From Selaginella moellendorffii (lineage: Eukaryota; Plantae; Lycopodiophyta): a DNA stretch of 64,000 nt. The stretch is from NCBI RefSeq assembly GCF_000143415.4, contig NW_003314282.1:1879374-1943373 (forward strand). Reading direction: 5' to 3'. Under the pieces are notes generated by a model. The model made no database searches and was not told where the DNA came from. It saw only the letters and a list, made by a program, of their open reading frames with translations. Of this stretch, positions 59,701 through 64,000 are shown piece by piece. Positions within the stretch are counted from its first letter, which is position 1. Each line of letters opens with the position of its first letter. A program made the position numbers and the translations under genes.

Positions 59701-61126
59701 GAACGTAGTGGCGCACTTGTCTCCGCTATTGCTTCCAAAATTTTGTCCTCGGCAAGCTCCAGATTGTTCGCAATGCAAGCTAGCAATTCAGCTACCTGAA
59801 ATACTGTCAAGACATAATCAGTTAACTGATACAGCGAGATAAATAATCTACCTGAAGCCTTGATACTTGGCCACCAGTAAATGTATCCTTTGGAGCTAGC
59901 CTAAGATTGTGAGTTTCTTTAAATGCATCAGTCGGCCGCTCCATTCCTCCCGGTCTAACAATCTGGCACACAGCGAAATCTTCACATGAGCTAACAGAAA
60001 AAATAAAGAAACAAAACACATACTGTGTAAGCCAGACCGCTGTCAATTAAAGCCTTCTCCGCTTTTGCTTTCCAGATTAAAACTCCCCAGAACAAACTGG
60101 TCGCACAACAGTTTACTCTCGGAATAATTTCTGGGACTTTTACTTACTTGAGTACAGATGCCGGCAAACCAAACTTAGTCGTTCCCAGGGATGTAACAAG
60201 AATGAAATGCTTCACCTCTGCATTCTTGGCTGCAAGCACAAACGATTAGCACCAAATCAGTGGAACGTAGCAATACCTGCCGCTATGAGATTTTTCGTTG
60301 CTTCGTAGTCGATTCTATACGGCCCAGTCACGTCCAGAACCTCCTTCTCACTGGCACCGATTGCGCAGATGACAACCCCAGAATTTCCTAGAGCAGACTC
60401 GATTTCGTCTGGCTTTTCCAAGTCGCAATCTATGATCTCTAGCTGATCGTCTTTTCTCAAACCGAAAAACGCAAGCACTCTGTCCAAAGGTGAGGAGGCT
60501 GTGATCGAGCTGATAGTTTCCTGATAGTTCGAAAAATGCAAAGCACATATAGTTTTTTTCATTTCTACAAACATGATAAGAGATGCTCACCCCTAGAATG
60601 CTTTCAGCCTTGTCAATGCTTCGCACTCCAGCACGAACTCGCAGTCCAGACTTTACAAGCTCCCTGCCAAACGTTGTGATCAGTTCCACAAAGCGTTTGT
60701 CTTCCAAAGAAAAAACTTACTTGACAGTCCTGGAGCCAACATTCCCTGTGGCTCCTGCTACAAACACCACAGTGGTGTCCTTCTTACGAAGCTTGAGCGT
60801 CCCGGGCAGCTTGAAAAGTTTCTTGGTTCCAGTCTTCGTATCGTCATCGTCGCGAGCAGTACTGGTGGCTTGAACAACTGGCAATTCAAAACGTAATCGA
60901 GCGAGAAGAATTTGCGGACGAACAAACCTGGAATCCATACTCTTTTCCTCGAAACTGATCTCGACAAGAATTTGCGCCCTACTGGATTGTGAATCCGAAG
61001 CCCTTGCTCACAATCCAGCAATCTCTCCGACGCACAGCGAACACCAGGCGCCGCAAGAAGAGAACATTGTGGGAGGCCGCCCGCCAGCGCCGCTCCAGAC
61101 TCCAGCCGGAGCTGCGCCATCGCCAT
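56713..61126 (-). CDS. TIC62: TIC62-like chloroplast NAD(P)-binding protein with extended repetitive C-terminus
   Basis: Transit-peptide-like N-terminus. Motifs VFVAGATGNVGSRTVK, LRVRAGVRS, CAIGASEKEVLDVTGPYRIDY and IVRPGGMERPTDAFKETHN. Three FNR-binding-type repeats: YPDLKPPSSPTP, YPDWKPPTSPTP and YEDLKPPASPMP. Confidence 0.9.
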
Positions 61127-61191
61127 CGCCAAAGCTCTTCACAGCGCGAGCGCCTAGAGCTAGCCTAGCATGAACCAGTGATGACGATAAT

Positions 61192-61260
61192 GCCACGTCC
61201 ACGTGGCGGCACACCATTGCGCGTTACAAACATGCGTGGCACTGGATTAGGGTACACGTG
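61192..61260. promoter_or_regulatory. G-box/ABRE cluster upstream of TIC62
   Basis: GCCACGT at 61192 and CACGTG at 61200 and 61255, within the 180-bp intergenic gap. Confidence 0.35.
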
Positions 61261-61305
61261 TTCGCATACAATTCGCACACCTGGCATCATCTCCTAGCTC
61301 TGTTA

Positions 61306-61732
61306 CTAACAAAAGATGGCATCCTTGACGAGCATGGGAAACTTGCGATCGTTCATATAGACAAAGCGGATCGCCCTTCGCGGTGGAAGGGGTCCGCCAT
61401 CGAGAACGAGGCAATCACCCGGCGAAAGGCGGCGAAAAACGCCCGGATCGACGAGCTTGTAGGACGAGAAAGTGCCGCAATCGACATGAATGTCACACAG
61501 ACTATCCTCGCACTCGTTCACGATCACAACTTCGTACTCGAGCCCGCCGGAGTCCCCCTGACTGATCACAATGTCCCGCTTGGAGCATTCTAAAGAGAAA
61601 AAAATGGAGAGGAAAGGATCCGAGCAAACAAACCATGGAAAACTTACCTTTGCTTGATGCTGGGAGAACGGAGAGAAAGATATAAAGCGCGAAAAGCTTG
61701 AGCGACGCTTCCACTAGGATCATCTTCCTCAT
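61306..61732 (-). CDS. TPD1-like small secreted Cys-rich protein, 2 exons
   Basis: Signal peptide exon, then CSKRDIVISQG, YEVVIVNEC, IHVDCGTFSSYKLVDPGVFRRL and CLVLDGGPL. Confidence 0.85.
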
Positions 61733-61992
61733 CTTCGCGATGGATCAAGCAAGAAGAGAGAAAAGCTTTCAAGCGATACCTCTAGTTCTCGTAGGTAGAG
61801 TCCCCGGTAACTGGGACTCTTTTCTCGTTTTCGTGAAATACCGTATGAACAGTAAGAATGGATAAGCTTATGCGAATTAAATTGCTTGTGTACGAGTTTG
61901 TGCCATCTTCCACGTATAATCGTAGAATCCGCTCGGATACACACTCTCGCTACAGTGTGTTTGACCGAAATGGCTTCTAGAGAATGAATCTC

Positions 61993-63443
61993 TTACCGAG
62001 AATGAATCTCTTGCGAGGCTGTAACCTCATTCGCTGCGGCGAAATCGTGTGGCTTTCCCACAGGTATATTTTCGCATGCGAGAAAAGAAAGGATGGCGCT
62101 TCTTTGCCAGCTCTTTAGGCTCCTGTGAATTTACCAGCTTTAGTTCCAGAGAAGGAACGAGAAAAACTTACTTTGCATCGAGATGTGCCATGACTTTTCC
62201 ACCAGGGAACGCGGCCTGTGTCTTCCGAAATGACTCTCTAATCGCGTCCTTCCAAGTCCCAGTTACGTGTAAGAACAGCTCCTCGTTCGCATTCTTCTTT
62301 GTTTCAGCCGATGGTTCGTCCATTGGCAACGAGTAGCCGGACAAAAGATGGCCGACCCAGCTTCCTGTGTTTCTGAAAGCAAGACTTAGAACTATCATCA
62401 ACCGGAAAGCTTGCAAAGCTTTACTCGATCACATCCATGTGTCGAGGAACATAGTGACCGCCTCCAAGCCCAAGTAGAACATTCTCGCCGTGATGTGCTC
62501 TACAAGAAGTAAACATGCCGAGGTTATGATAAAGCATGCACAAGCTTGAACTTTCGCACCAGAAAGCTTACTCGGTCCATTTGCCGACCTCGGTTCCTCC
62601 ATCGAGTCCCAAACCTTGCCAAAAAACCTGAAGAAAGGATTGCATATAGCTGTTGAGGAAATACAAAAGATACAAACTGTTGCAATCGCCTGTGCCGCGT
62701 CTAGCCTGCTCCAATATCCATCCGAGCTCCCTTGAAATGTTTCCAAGTAGACAGTCGATGAATGAAACAGGAAATAAAGTGCTTACCGATCTCGACAAAC
62801 ATCGCTGGAGCGTCGACCTCAGGCCCATGGTGCGTTGCCTCAAGCGTAATCTGTGGTAGTTCTGCGAAGTTAAAAACTTGTGAGAACACAAGCATAGGTA
62901 GCTCGTACCTCAAACTCGGGAACAAGTTCGTGTTTAACAGCAACTTCTTTCAAGAGTCGCAACCAAGGTGCAATTCTGGGACAAGGCGGTGATGCAAATC
63001 CCGGCTTTCCGCCTGCTAGAGGTTTCTCGCTCGGTAGCATGTGTGGAACACCTTCGAAAAAAGTAACAGTGTTGAGAAACAAAGAGAAAGAACGGTGAAG
63101 TTTTACCAATTGGATGAACTGTTAAGGATGGTTTTCCTGAAACAGCAGCGTGTTTGCTCATGAAGATTATCTCTGTGACGTGCTCGCCAGAGTGTGATTC
63201 CCAACGATGATCGAGATTGTCTTCGCCCACAATTGAGCCTGTCAATTGCAGCAGTCTCACATTTCCCATAGCGAAGTTCTTAAAGCCCTGGACAAAAAAT
63301 TCTCAGCAAAGAGAAAAGCGACTTGGGTTGGATACCTGCAATGGGCGGCCTTGCGTCCATGAGTTTGGCGCAAAGGAGAGCAAAGCGGAGGCTGGATTGA
63401 TCGAGGCGGGATCAGTTGTCGTCGCCACAAGCAAAGTCACCAT
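61993..63443 (-). CDS. GEK1: D-aminoacyl-tRNA deacylase (archaeal/plant DTD2), multi-exon
   Basis: Motifs MVTLLVATTTDPASI, SKHAAVSGKPSLTVHPIG, ITLEATHHGP, FVEIG, LGLGGGHYVPRH, WVGHLLSGYSLPM and AHLD. Confidence 0.9.
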
Positions 63444-63526
63444 TCTTTTCATTCAAATGCCCTGATTCGCAGAACAAAAAGAAGGAGAGAAAGACTTAAA
63501 ACAAGGGTGGCATTCAAGTAAAAGAG

Positions 63527-64000
63527 TTACTCGATAGCTTCCCGATTGACACTCGATCTGTATGCGGTCTCGTCTTGAATAATATGAGGAATTGTCCAGC
63601 ATCCAAGAAGGTGTTTCGAGTTGCTTCCACCTTTGAAAAAGAAAAGAGTCAAAACTACGCTAGCGCAAAAAATTTCTGTGTTACCTTCTTTTACCGCTTC
63701 TTCGCAGCGCTTCTGGTAGCGAGCCGCCAGCCCTGGTTCAAGCTGCTTCACCAGATTCTCGTACTCTCGCTCGACCTCAGATATCAAACTTGCCTGGCGG
63801 AAACAAGTTAGAAAATCTTTTTAAAAGAATGAGAAAAGGAAATCTCACAAGCTTTGCTGGAGCTGTCTTTGCACCATACAAGCTGACAAACATTCGCAGA
63901 ATGTTGAAGCTGTTGTCAACAACGTCTTCCTGAGAAATGCTGTGTTCAAACTAAGTCTTCTAAAAGCACACTTTTTACCTCGTAGTCGTATCTGTTCGTC
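63527..64000 (-). CDS. 3' exons of an unidentified gene running off the window
   Basis: Short GT-AG introns join FNILRMFVSLYGAKTAP / ISEVEREYENLVKQLEPGLAARYQKRCEE / LLGCWTIPHI; stop at 63527. Confidence 0.6.

Overview
Plant nuclear DNA. Very short (about 40-80 nt) introns, tight gene packing and intronless S-motif-rich PLS-type PPR genes point to a lycophyte such as Selaginella (inference). The left 45 kb is a nest of transposons. An old LTR (5389-~38590) is split by a decayed minus-strand LTR retrotransposon of the same family (5738-37912). That element contains a solo LTR, a ~4.2-kb direct duplication bracketing a Penelope-like retroelement that appears circularly permuted, a 997-bp TRIM, and a 13,684-bp TIR DNA transposon (19508-33191; 24-bp TIRs, 4-bp TSD, empty site visible in the duplicate copy). 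An ~800-bp TA microsatellite and a second, structurally complete Ty3/Gypsy element (39895-44908) follow. The right 19 kb is ordinary gene space: NRAMP, two PPRs, VOC/glyoxalase, an unknown gene, TIC62, TPD1-like, GEK1/DTD2 and a partial gene. The most interesting object is the DNA transposon. It has a Sola-like transposase and a divergently transcribed 10-exon cargo gene (~1,600 aa) joining a ParB-like domain, a degenerate amino-methyltransferase-like domain and an FCP1/NIF-type HAD phosphatase domain. It is studded with about 30 copies of a 22-bp palindrome (ATGGCRTG-N6-CAYGCCAT), and a site with the same geometry pre-exists in the target DNA about 55 bp from the insertion point. All domain calls are by-eye motif recognition; no searches were run.
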